Shown here: positions 1-7,562 of the stretch, in pieces
How the letters are laid out: every line of letters starts with the position of its first letter
How positions within the stretch are numbered: the first letter of the stretch is position 1
NCBI GenBank assembly: GCA_041640655.1
Contig: JBEPZV010000040.1
Coordinates: 1 to 19,279, forward strand
Source of the DNA: a bacterium
GTDB lineage: Bacteria; Acidobacteriota; Blastocatellia; HR10
Length of the DNA stretch: 19,279 nt
Reading direction: 5' to 3'
Position numbers and translations under genes: made by a program
Notes under the pieces: model-generated
What the model saw: only the letters and a program-made list of their open reading frames with translations
Told to the model about the DNA's origin: nothing
Database searches by the model: none

Positions 1-2229
1 CGCGATCTTCTCCCCTTCGACGAAGACATCGAAGACGCGCGGAGGCCCTTCGCTCCCGCGATAGGTGCACACCAGGAGCACGGGCCGATCCGGAGTGACT
101 TTCAACGCGTAGCTGAACCATCCGTTGCGTGCGGCGCGCCACCGCCGTCCCTCGAAATATCCCTCGTTCGCATTCTCTCCCCGGAAGTCGTGGGCCTGTT
201 CGCTCTGCGGATCGTTGAGATTCACGGCGTCAATGGTCAGGCGTTCGATCTCACGACGTCGCGCCTCGCGCGCGGCGATCTCCGCCTTCCGCTTCTCCCA
301 CTCGGCCGGCGTATACACCTTCCAATAGACGGTGTACCGCCGGTCGTGCAGCTTGTAGAAGGGCGCGAGCGTCACGTCGCGCGGCTGGCCCAGCCCCTCG
401 GTTCGGAACGTCAGCGGCGTTCCCGCTACCGGCTTCACCTTCGCCAGGACGTCTTTCACATCTGCGGTGACGAACGCGGGCACCTCCACGGGCCGGAGGC
501 GACCGATGCGCGGAGCGCTCGGACCATAGCGCTCGGACTCGGTCAAGCCTTCTGTGCCGAGGTCTCCGGCCAAGACGATCGGACCATAGAGCAGAGCGAT
601 CATCGTGGGATCATCCGGCATGGCTTCCATGCGAAGGCTCATGGGGAACTGCACCTCCACCGTATCTCCCGCTCTCCACTCCCGCTCGATCGTGATGTAC
701 GATCCCGGTGTCGTCGTGACCGATTCGCGCCGACCGTTCACGAGGACTTGAGCGCCCGATACCGCCCATCCCGGGTACCGGATCTTCAACGCCAGACGAA
801 CGGGGCGCTCCGCGTGAAGGATCAAACGCGTCCGATCCTCTTCCGGAAATCGCGTCCGCTGCTCCAGGCGTATGCCCTTCTCGCTCCAGCGCACTTCCGA
901 AGCGAGAAAGAGGTTCACATAGAGTGAGCGGTCGTCGCGGAAATAGATCGCCTCCCCATATCGCGCGTGGTTCTCCATCCCCGTCCCCACGCAGCACCAG
1001 AAGGAGTTCTCCGGCGTCGAGTATGTCCGGAACGCTCCCGGTCGCAGCGGCACATAGTAACACATCATTCCCGTCGCCGGGTCCTGTGAGGCCAGGATGT
1101 GATTGAACAGCGCGCGCTCGTAAAAGTCCATGTACTCGCCCTTCGGCTCCCAACTGAACAGGTGGCGCGTGAGCTTCAGCATGTTGTACGTGTTGCAGGT
1201 CTCCGCCGTCGCCGGTCCCAATCGCCGCGAGAACTGCGCGATGGGGAAGAAGCGCTCGCCATCGCTATGCCCCCCGATGACGTATGAGCGATGCAGGGCG
1301 ACGCGTCGCCAGAAGAACGTGGCGATGTCCGCATACCACTTCTCGCCAGTCAACTCGTATTCCCGTGCGGCTCCGATGATCTTCGGGATCTGCGTGTTCG
1401 CATGAAGCCCATCCAGTGGGTCCTCCCCCCGGGACAGTGGCTCGAAGAGCCGGTGATGATCGAAGAGCCGCGCCAGCCGTAGATGCTCCGGGTTCCCCGT
1501 GACGGCATAGAGGTTCGCTAGAACCTCATTCATCCCCCCGTACTCGGTCTCCAGCATGTTCTGCTGTTGCTCGCGCGTCAGGCGATCCATCCGGAACTTC
1601 ACCCAATCCGCCATCTTGACGAGCACGTCGAGGGCCTGCGCGTTATCGCAATACACGTACACGTCGAGCAATCCCGCCATGATCTTATGGAGCGTGTAGT
1701 ATGGCGCCCACACGCGCTGCCGCGCTTCCACGCGATCAATGAACTCTTCCGGGAACGCCGACAAATACCCGCGATGGAATCCGCGCCGCTCGAGCGCCTC
1801 CTGAATACGCGCCAGCTCCGCCACGAGCTGATTCGCCCGCGCCTTGAATCGCTCATCCCCGGTCCCGGCGTACATGAGCGCGCAAGCCGTGAGATAATGT
1901 CCGACCGTATGCCCTCGCAGCTCGACATCCGGCGCTTCCCATCCCCCATAGGGTCGAGCGGGAGACGGAAGCCCGGCGTTCACCCGAAAGTTATGAAGCA
2001 GCCGATCCACATCCAGGCTCAGGATATACCGCGCATCTCGCTCCATCGCATCGCGAAACGGCCCCTCTAAAAGACGAACCTCGGTCACGTCGAAGGGAAT
2101 GGCCTTCAGTGGGACCTTATTCGGCACCGTGACCTTTCGCCCCTGCAGGGACATCCCCGTTCCCCGCGGAGCGCTCAAACCACAGAGCGCGAGAAGCACG
2201 AGTCCGAAACCGATCCATCTTGGTTTCAT
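1..2229 (-). CDS. Secreted beta-L-arabinofuranosidase-like glycoside hydrolase (DUF1680, GH127/GH146 type); 3' end runs off the window
   Basis: Not in the ORF track because there is no stop in the window. Manual translation from ATG 2229 (RBS GGAGGGAG) gives MKPRWIGFGLVLLALCGLSAP (signal-like), then DRLLHNFRVNAG, YGGWE, ELRGHTVGHYL, WAPYYTLHKIMAGL, EYGGMNE, GLHANTQIPK, ETCNTYNMLKL, YERALFNHIL and SFWCCVGTGMENH (Cys/Glu Zn-site motifs typical of this family). The frame stays open to base 1 (...VEGEKIA). Confidence 0.92.
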   Translation of the reverse strand, partial: MKPRWIGFGLVLLALCGLSAPRGTGMSLQGRKVTVPNKVPLKAIPFDVTEVRLLEGPFRDAMERDARYILSLDVDRLLHNFRVNAGLPSPARPYGGWEAPDVELRGHTVGHYLTACALMYAGTGDERFKARANQLVAELARIQEALERRGFHRGYLSAFPEEFIDRVEARQRVWAPYYTLHKIMAGLLDVYVYCDNAQALDVLVKMADWVKFRMDRLTREQQQNMLETEYGGMNEVLANLYAVTGNPEHLRLARLFDHHRLFEPLSRGEDPLDGLHANTQIPKIIGAAREYELTGEKWYADIATFFWRRVALHRSYVIGGHSDGERFFPIAQFSRRLGPATAETCNTYNMLKLTRHLFSWEPKGEYMDFYERALFNHILASQDPATGMMCYYVPLRPGAFRTYSTPENSFWCCVGTGMENHARYGEAIYFRDDRSLYVNLFLASEVRWSEKGIRLEQRTRFPEEDRTRLILHAERPVRLALKIRYPGWAVSGAQVLVNGRRESVTTTPGSYITIEREWRAGDTVEVQFPMSLRMEAMPDDPTMIALLYGPIVLAGDLGTEGLTESERYGPSAPRIGRLRPVEVPAFVTADVKDVLAKVKPVAGTPLTFRTEGLGQPRDVTLAPFYKLHDRRYTVYWKVYTPAEWEKRKAEIAAREARRREIERLTIDAVNLNDPQSEQAHDFRGENANEGYFEGRRWRAARNGWFSYALKVTPDRPVLLVCTYRGSEGPPRVFDVFVEGEKIA

Positions 2230-2288
2230 ATGCTCTCCCTCCACAAGGGATCTCCCGCCCGGCGTCATCCCATCTTAACCCATTGCAT

Positions 2289-2379
2289 GACATCGGGGGG
2301 GATCAGACGATGAGGAGATTGGGCGATGTTGGAAGCACGTACACACATGGGCGGCTCTCATCCTCTCCCCCCCGACGCC
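2289..2379 (-). other. Intergenic long stem-loop between the TonB-dependent receptor and the glycosidase
   Basis: Minus strand GGCGTCGGGGGGGA pairs with TCCCCCCCGATGTC (14 bp including 2 G-U), with an inner GATGAG/CTCATC helix. It starts just after the receptor stop codon and has no U-tract. Confidence 0.55.
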
Positions 2380-2387
2380 GGTCAACC

Positions 2388-5300
2388 TCAGAAACTCAAC
2401 TTGAGCCGGATCTGAATCTCCCGAGGCCCTGTGGCCGTCGCCGTCGTCTGCCCGAACGTCGTCGACATGATGCTGACGGAGCCGGCCACGCTGCCGACCT
2501 CGAAGCTCGGATGGTTGAAGGCATTGAGCGCCGTGATCCAGAGGTCGAACCTCACGCGTTCGGTCAGCGGGATCTCCTTCGAGAGCGCCAGATCTGGGAG
2601 AAAGAGGGAAGGTCCATACACATAAATGAACTGCCCGAAAACGCCGGGCGTCGTCGGAGGCGCCAAGATCTCTGGATTCGCCCGCCCGTCCGGACCGATG
2701 AGCTTCGGATCCACGAAGAACACAGTGGCATTCGGCCCCGGCCTCACCGCGAGCATCTTCTGCAGGTCCTTCGTCGTGAGCCCGTTCAAGATGACACCGG
2801 AATCGTTCTGATTCACGGTGAAGCGATCGCTGGAGAGCCGGAACACGCGCCCCGACTGCCAGCGAACGATCCCCGACAGCGTCCAGCCCCCGATGATCTT
2901 GTCCACGACCGAACTCCCTGTCGCCCATCGCCTCCCGGTCCCGAAGGGCAGCTCCCAACTCCAGTACGCTTGAAAGACGTGACGCAGGTCGAACGGCGAT
3001 GGCCCCTTATCGAGCCGCCGGTTTCGAAGCGTCGTGTAGTTGCGAGTCATGGTGGGCGAATCGGCGAAGAGATCGCTCAGAGACTTGCTGAAGGTGTAGT
3101 TGGCCGTGAAGCTCAAGCCCCGGCTGTAGGTGCGACGCACCTGCACCTGGAGCCCGTGATAGCTGGAGTAGGAGTAATCCGTCATGAGATTGATCGCTGC
3201 GCCGGCCGCGAAGGGGTTCGCCTGGAAGAAATTGATGGGGAAAGGACCCGGACTATCGAACCCAAGCCGCGCGCATGCCGGGAGCTGGTTCCCGACCATC
3301 CGGCAGAGGTAGATCGAAGATCCCGCCAGCGCATTGGCAAACGCTCCGACCTGTCCCTGACGAAGATAGTTCAGGAACGTGCCATTGCTGAAGCCCGAAG
3401 CGGCGGGCAGAGCGGGCTGCGATCCGCGCGCGCCAAATGCCGCTTCGAAAATGGGCAGCGGGACCTGTCCGGGAAGCCCTCGATACTGGAAGCTGTTCAC
3501 TCCGGCCGCCTGATTGAGCGCGAGATTCCGCTGGGCGTTCAAGAACTCCGCCAGGAACCCGTTCTCGAACACATTGACCTCATTCACATTGAAGCCGTGC
3601 CAGATATGCGTCCCCTTGTTGCCCACGTATCGGACTTCGACCACCGTATGACGGACGATCTCGCGCTGCAGACCGAACGTCCAGGTCTGGATGTAGGGCG
3701 TCCGAAGCTGCGGCAACATGCTGCTGAAGCCGCGCGCGAACGTGTACTCCGCCTGTCGGAAGGGCGGCGAGAACCTCTCCGGGAACATGGCCAGCGGCGG
3801 CGTCGGATCGCTCAATCGCAATTGCCCAATGGGAAATCCCGGCATCCCCGGATTCAGGAAGAGCGATTGCATAAGCCCGGGATTCCCACCCGCATAGTTG
3901 ATGAACGTCAGCAGCCCTTCATCGTAATAGGTCAGCGAATAGCTCGCCCGCAGGACGGTCTTCTGCTCCTCCCCGAAAAGCCGTCGCTGCCATCCCGCTC
4001 TCGCCATCGGCGACCACGCGAAGCCGAAATTCGGCCCCGGATTGACGAAATCGCCTCGATAGGCTCGCGGACGGAGGAAGACCTGCGGGTCCATCACCCC
4101 ATCGAGAACACCGGGCTTGAAGAGCTGACGCGAGGGGCCCATCAGGTGCTCCACCGTCGGGCTCGTGTAGATACCGTGCGCATCATGAGTCGCACCCGAG
4201 AACTGCCATCGGAATCCATAGTTGAGCGTGAGCGTCGGCCGATACCGCCACGAGTCCTGGAAGTAGAAGCCTCCAACTCGCTGCCGATCGAGCCGCACGA
4301 GCATCGTCAAGTCTTTGTACTGCTTCGTTCGATAGTCCACGCCTCGCGTCGCGCTGATGCTGGCCACGCGCCCGGTGAGCAACGCGTAGAGGTTCCACGC
4401 ATTCGTCAGATCGGTGCTGGAGATGGCCGGAAGGGTCGAGGGATTCAACACACTCGTCACCGGATCACCCGTGGCAATCCCCACAGTGTATTGCGGGATC
4501 CCCGCTCCGATGAAATCGGCGTCGTACCATCCGACGTGACGGAACGATCCCCCAATGGTCATCGAGTGCGCGCCTCGAATGAGCGTGAGGTTGTTGTAGA
4601 GATTGTGCGTGCCGTTGGCGCGCGAGATGTTCATCTGATTGCGAATCAACGGGGGAACGAAAGGATAAGCGATGCGCATGAGCCGACCGTTCACGTCGAA
4701 TTGATCTGGCCCCTCGCCCACATTGTATTGATCCACATTGTGCTGCAGCCCATACTTGAACTCGTTGAGCGTGCGCGGGGAGATCGTCCAGTTCACCGCT
4801 GTCGAAGCGATGTACCAACTGTTGGTGAACTTGCTCTGCGCCTTGAACTCAGGCCCCGGCCATGGCCTGGTCCCGTCAATGACCCGATTGAAGAGATGCC
4901 ATGTCCCCGTCCAGGTGAGGTTCGGCGTGATGTGATAATCCAAGCGAGCCGTCGGATAGTGCTGAATCGTATTCGTTCGATTGAGCCAGCTCAGCGTGTT
5001 CCGGAACAGATCCACGCGCGTGATCACGCCGTTGCGCCACGTCTCATTCGTCCGCCGGAAATATTCGGCCACGATGGGATCGAGCTGACTCGGGTATCCC
5101 TGAGCACCCGCGATCTGTAGGAGATTGACTGCGCGCTCCACCCCGTCCGTCCCGCGATACCGGAAGATCCCCTGTTGCGCCTCCGGCGTGAGGATCGTGT
5201 TCGACGCCGTGGACTGACTCGGGATCCGCGCCTGCTCGTAATTCACGAAGAAGAAGAGCTTGTTCCGCCACAGCGGCCCGCCCAGATTCCCACCGAATTC

Positions 5301-6158
5301 GTTGAACCGCACGCGAGGCCGGGGCAACCGGCGCGCGTTGTTGAAATAGCTGTTCGCATTCAGCGCATCGTTGCGCAGTTGGTGGAAGAGGCCGCCGTGG
5401 AATTCGTTCGATCCGCGCCGCGTGACGAAGCGAATCTGCATCGCCCCCTCGGCTCCGGCATCGGCCGTCAATCCGGCCGTCGAGATCGTCACCTCTTCAA
5501 TCGCATCGAGCCGAGGCGGAACCGTGGCGAAGAAGCTCGTGCCACCGCTCTTGAACCCTTGAGAGTTGTTGTTGATGCCATCCACCATGATATTGATCGT
5601 CGCCCCCGGCATCCCATTGTAAGCGCTGAAGCGACCTCCCCCTCCCACCGTCTGAGCTCCCGGCACCAGAAGCGCGAAGTTCAAGATGTTGCGCCCACTG
5701 AGCGGCAGTTTCTGAATCGCCTCGTTCCGAACCGTGTTGGAGACCGTGTTCGAGGTGACCTCCAGAGCCGGCATTGCCCCCTCAATTTGAACCGTCTCGA
5801 CGACCTCCCCGATCTTCAGGTGAACGACCACATCCGTCGTCCGCGCCGATTCCACGACCACTCGACTGAGAACGGCCGTCTGGAAGCCAGGCATCGTCAC
5901 CGTCACCTCGTAGGTCCCAAAGGGGAGATTCGGGAAGAGAAATACCCCGACTTCGTTGGTGACCGTCTCCCGGAGGGCTCCCGTGAGTTGATCTCTGAGC
6001 TGGACCTTCGCCCCCGCCACGACAGCTCCCGCCGGATCGAAGACCGTCCCGGAGATGGCCCCCGTCGTCTTCCCCTGCCCGAAGATGACGCCCCCGATCA
6101 GAAGCGAGAGGACGACGGTCCAGGATGCAACTCGACTCATGCGCGGTTTCACCAACAT
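2388..6158 (-). CDS. TonB-dependent receptor-like outer-membrane protein with N-terminal carboxypeptidase-regulatory-like domain (Oar-like, acidobacterial type)
   Basis: Likely start is ATG 6158 with AAGGAGG 7 nt upstream (the track start at 6185 is further upstream). Signal peptide, then GAISGTVFDPAGAVVAGAKV...TNEVG.F.FPNLPFGTYEVTVTMPGF, LPLSGRN, RRGSNEFHG, RNDALNANSYF, GFYFQDSWR.RPTLTLNYG.RW, and C-terminal PREIQIRLKLSF (terminal Phe of a beta-barrel). About 1256 aa. Confidence 0.93.
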   Translation of the reverse strand: MLVKPRMSRVASWTVVLSLLIGGVIFGQGKTTGAISGTVFDPAGAVVAGAKVQLRDQLTGALRETVTNEVGVFLFPNLPFGTYEVTVTMPGFQTAVLSRVVVESARTTDVVVHLKIGEVVETVQIEGAMPALEVTSNTVSNTVRNEAIQKLPLSGRNILNFALLVPGAQTVGGGGRFSAYNGMPGATINIMVDGINNNSQGFKSGGTSFFATVPPRLDAIEEVTISTAGLTADAGAEGAMQIRFVTRRGSNEFHGGLFHQLRNDALNANSYFNNARRLPRPRVRFNEFGGNLGGPLWRNKLFFFVNYEQARIPSQSTASNTILTPEAQQGIFRYRGTDGVERAVNLLQIAGAQGYPSQLDPIVAEYFRRTNETWRNGVITRVDLFRNTLSWLNRTNTIQHYPTARLDYHITPNLTWTGTWHLFNRVIDGTRPWPGPEFKAQSKFTNSWYIASTAVNWTISPRTLNEFKYGLQHNVDQYNVGEGPDQFDVNGRLMRIAYPFVPPLIRNQMNISRANGTHNLYNNLTLIRGAHSMTIGGSFRHVGWYDADFIGAGIPQYTVGIATGDPVTSVLNPSTLPAISSTDLTNAWNLYALLTGRVASISATRGVDYRTKQYKDLTMLVRLDRQRVGGFYFQDSWRYRPTLTLNYGFRWQFSGATHDAHGIYTSPTVEHLMGPSRQLFKPGVLDGVMDPQVFLRPRAYRGDFVNPGPNFGFAWSPMARAGWQRRLFGEEQKTVLRASYSLTYYDEGLLTFINYAGGNPGLMQSLFLNPGMPGFPIGQLRLSDPTPPLAMFPERFSPPFRQAEYTFARGFSSMLPQLRTPYIQTWTFGLQREIVRHTVVEVRYVGNKGTHIWHGFNVNEVNVFENGFLAEFLNAQRNLALNQAAGVNSFQYRGLPGQVPLPIFEAAFGARGSQPALPAASGFSNGTFLNYLRQGQVGAFANALAGSSIYLCRMVGNQLPACARLGFDSPGPFPINFFQANPFAAGAAINLMTDYSYSSYHGLQVQVRRTYSRGLSFTANYTFSKSLSDLFADSPTMTRNYTTLRNRRLDKGPSPFDLRHVFQAYWSWELPFGTGRRWATGSSVVDKIIGGWTLSGIVRWQSGRVFRLSSDRFTVNQNDSGVILNGLTTKDLQKMLAVRPGPNATVFFVDPKLIGPDGRANPEILAPPTTPGVFGQFIYVYGPSLFLPDLALSKEIPLTERVRFDLWITALNAFNHPSFEVGSVAGSVSIMSTTFGQTTATATGPREIQIRLKLSF

Positions 6159-6212
6159 GGCGGAGCCTCCTTGATCTGTTTTCAAGACCCTCCGTCTCCT
6201 GCGGAACGTCCC

Positions 6213-6241
6213 AGTGTAGGCTCCGCGCGCTTCGCTGTCTT
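6213..6241 (-). promoter_or_regulatory. Possible sigma70-type promoter for the receptor/glycosidase operon
   Basis: Minus strand AAGACA-N17-TACACT, ~55 nt upstream of ATG 6158. The -35 is weak. Confidence 0.35.
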
Positions 6242-6386
6242 GAATGATCTAAAGGCAAAATTGAACGGGATTAGGGTTCAGGGGCATTCCGAGAACGCCC
6301 CCGCGCGCTGTGGAGAATCCATCCATTCGGGAGTTCAATGGGGACGCGCTCCCCACTGAGGGATGCCGATGAGGGAGAATCGCGCC

Positions 6387-6920
6387 TCACGCGCGCGGAG
6401 GGTGGGAGGAGGCAGACGGGAGATTCTCCTCCAGCCGGGGGAAAAGGACCCGTTCCTCTCGATGGACGTGCTCGATGATGACCTCGATGATGCCTTCGCC
6501 GATGGCGATCACCCGCCGGATGGTCTCGCGCTCATCCGTCTCGCGCTTGAGCCGCTGCAAGGCGCGCTTGAGCTGACGACATTCCTTCTCCACGCCATCA
6601 TCCCCGGCGATGATCGTCCGAATCTCGCGCTCGCGCGAGAGGCCACTTCGCCTGAGCAACGGGCGCAAGGTCCGGCGCTCCCGCAGCATGTGCGGATGAA
6701 TGCGATCCACAAGCAGCGCATGGAGAGACTCCAGGACGGGGATCACCGCCGTCGCCTCAGCCCGCTCGAGCGACAGACGCGCGAGCGATTTGTCCAAGCG
6801 CCGTAATTCCTTCAACAGGACCCGATGTTCTTCGCGTAAAGCCTCGATCTCCGCCCGCGATCCTTCGGCAAGCCCCCGATCACCGGAGACACTCGAGCGC
6901 CTGCGCCTTTTCTCCACCAT
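6387..6920 (-). CDS. Hemerythrin/HHE-domain protein
   Basis: ATG 6920 preceded by GAGGAGGAGGG. Four-helix pattern with LREEH, HMLRE and EHVHREERVLFPRLE (HxxxEExxLFP). A TATAAT lies at 6959-6964 on the minus strand. Confidence 0.8.
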   Translation of the reverse strand: MVEKRRRRSSVSGDRGLAEGSRAEIEALREEHRVLLKELRRLDKSLARLSLERAEATAVIPVLESLHALLVDRIHPHMLRERRTLRPLLRRSGLSREREIRTIIAGDDGVEKECRQLKRALQRLKRETDERETIRRVIAIGEGIIEVIIEHVHREERVLFPRLEENLPSASSHPPRA

Positions 6921-7009
6921 GCCCTCCTCCTCGCGCAACCTCAGTGTGTCACGCGCTGATTATAGCCCACTCGGGATGAGAGAAGAAAACCAGACTCGCC
7001 TGCTTCTCC

Positions 7010-7049
7010 AAAATAAAGAGGAGCCGGGAACTTCATATCCCGGCCCCTC
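7010..7049 (-). terminator. Rho-independent terminator closing the small-peptide/structured-RNA transcript
   Basis: Minus strand GAGGGGCCGGGA-TATGAAGT-TCCCGGCTCCTC-TTTATTTT: 12-bp stem (1 G-U) followed by a U-rich tail. Confidence 0.85.
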
Positions 7050-7060
7050 GCTCTCGGAGG

Positions 7061-7288
7061 GTCGTACGAATCGCTTCACGGTCCTAAGCGGCCCGTGAGC
7101 ATCGGTCGGGCTTCACAACGTCCGTGATAAACATCTTCACAAACACCCCAGCGAAGCGAACAACTCGCTTCACCAAGATCAAAAACCATCGCGTGACGAG
7201 AGGCTCATCCCAAGTAAAGACCTGCTACTTGGTAATGGCCAAAGTGGTACACATGAACCGCTACTGCTACATCTCATCCACCATGAGA
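7061..7288 (-). ncRNA. Putative structured RNA (long 3' region of the peptide transcript, or an sRNA domain)
   Basis: Near-abutting hairpins folded by hand on the minus strand at 7272-7288, 7232-7264, 7210-7232, 7146-7178, 7120-7144 and 7061-7119. Many pairs are G-U, which only work on this strand. The region lies between a promoter and a terminator and has no RBS-supported ORF. Confidence 0.45.
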
Positions 7289-7366
7289 AACGCCCGCATC
7301 GAGCACGTTCACGAACTGGACGAAGAATCGGTAGAAGGCAAAGAGGATCAGCAGCCACAGTTCCAT
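7274..7366 (-). CDS. Small hydrophobic peptide, 30 aa: MELWLLILFAFYRFFVQFVNVLDAGVSHGG
   Basis: Very strong RBS (AAAGGAGGAGG) directly upstream of ATG 7366; TGA at 7274-7276. Codons are mostly G/C-ending like host genes (CTG, ATC, CTC, GCC, TTC, TAC, GTC, CAG, AAC). It has its own promoter and terminator, and is below the ORF-track size cutoff. Confidence 0.65.
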   Translation of the reverse strand: MELWLLILFAFYRFFVQFVNVLDAGVSHGG

Positions 7367-7436
7367 AGAGACCCCCTCCTCCTTTCATTGTTCTCCGGCG
7401 CGTCCACCCACCCGGCGACGGGCCGGCGGCCCGCGC

Positions 7437-7462
7437 GAAAACCCGAAAACCGTCGGGTTTTC
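7437..7462. repeat. Perfect 10-bp inverted repeat GAAAACCCGA-N6-TCGGGTTTTC at the predicted transcription start (5' hairpin or operator)
   Basis: Seen directly; it begins 7 nt downstream of the TATAAT -10 box on the minus strand. Confidence 0.7.
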
Positions 7463-7469
7463 AGGCTCT

Positions 7470-7497
7470 ATTATATGCAAACGGAGATTTCAGGCAA
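7470..7497 (-). promoter_or_regulatory. Sigma70-type promoter for the peptide/RNA transcript
   Basis: Minus strand TTGCCT-N16-TATAAT (perfect -10), with an A6 tract just upstream of the -35 (UP-element-like). Stands out in a GC-rich background. Confidence 0.75.
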
Positions 7498-7562
7498 GTA
7501 GATTTTTTCCTCTCCGCCCGATCAAGTCTTTGGGGCAGTCCCGTGAGGTGGAAGATAGGACT

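Noticed and set aside
2220..6359. Long + strand ORFs (966 aa, 394 aa), and similar ones at 190-927, 1567-2070, 9366-10787 and 13450-14322
   Set aside because: They are antisense shadows of well-supported minus-strand genes: Arg/Pro/His-rich with no motifs. G/C-ending codon bias suppresses stops on the opposite strand.
6160..6386. Cobalamin or TPP riboswitch upstream of the TonB-dependent receptor (also the GGACTGCCCC fragment near 7532-7541)
   Set aside because: The conserved B12-box, GGGAA and GCCACTG elements and the TPP CTGAGA core are not present in the right order.
7210..7232. Hairpin with GCAGGTCT apex resembling the E. coli fdhF SECIS
   Set aside because: The apex is ~50 nt downstream of the first TGA (too far for a bacterial SECIS) and upstream of the second.
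7179..7388. 69-aa minus-strand ORF MKGGGGLY...
   Set aside because: Its first codons are the SD of the 30-aa ORF, its codons are mostly A/T-ending and its own RBS is weaker. The frame starting at 7366 fits better, though this ORF is not formally excluded.
7010..7463. tmRNA, RNase P RNA or a CRISPR array as the identity of the structured transcript
   Set aside because: No tRNA-like acceptor/T-arm ends and no GAGGAAAGUCC RNase P motif. The GTGAAG repeats are only 6 nt with irregular spacing (37, 24, 33), and no cas genes are present.
7124..7501. 125-aa + strand ORF MINIFTNT...
   Set aside because: No RBS, antisense to a unit with a clear minus-strand promoter, SD and terminator, and no recognisable domain.
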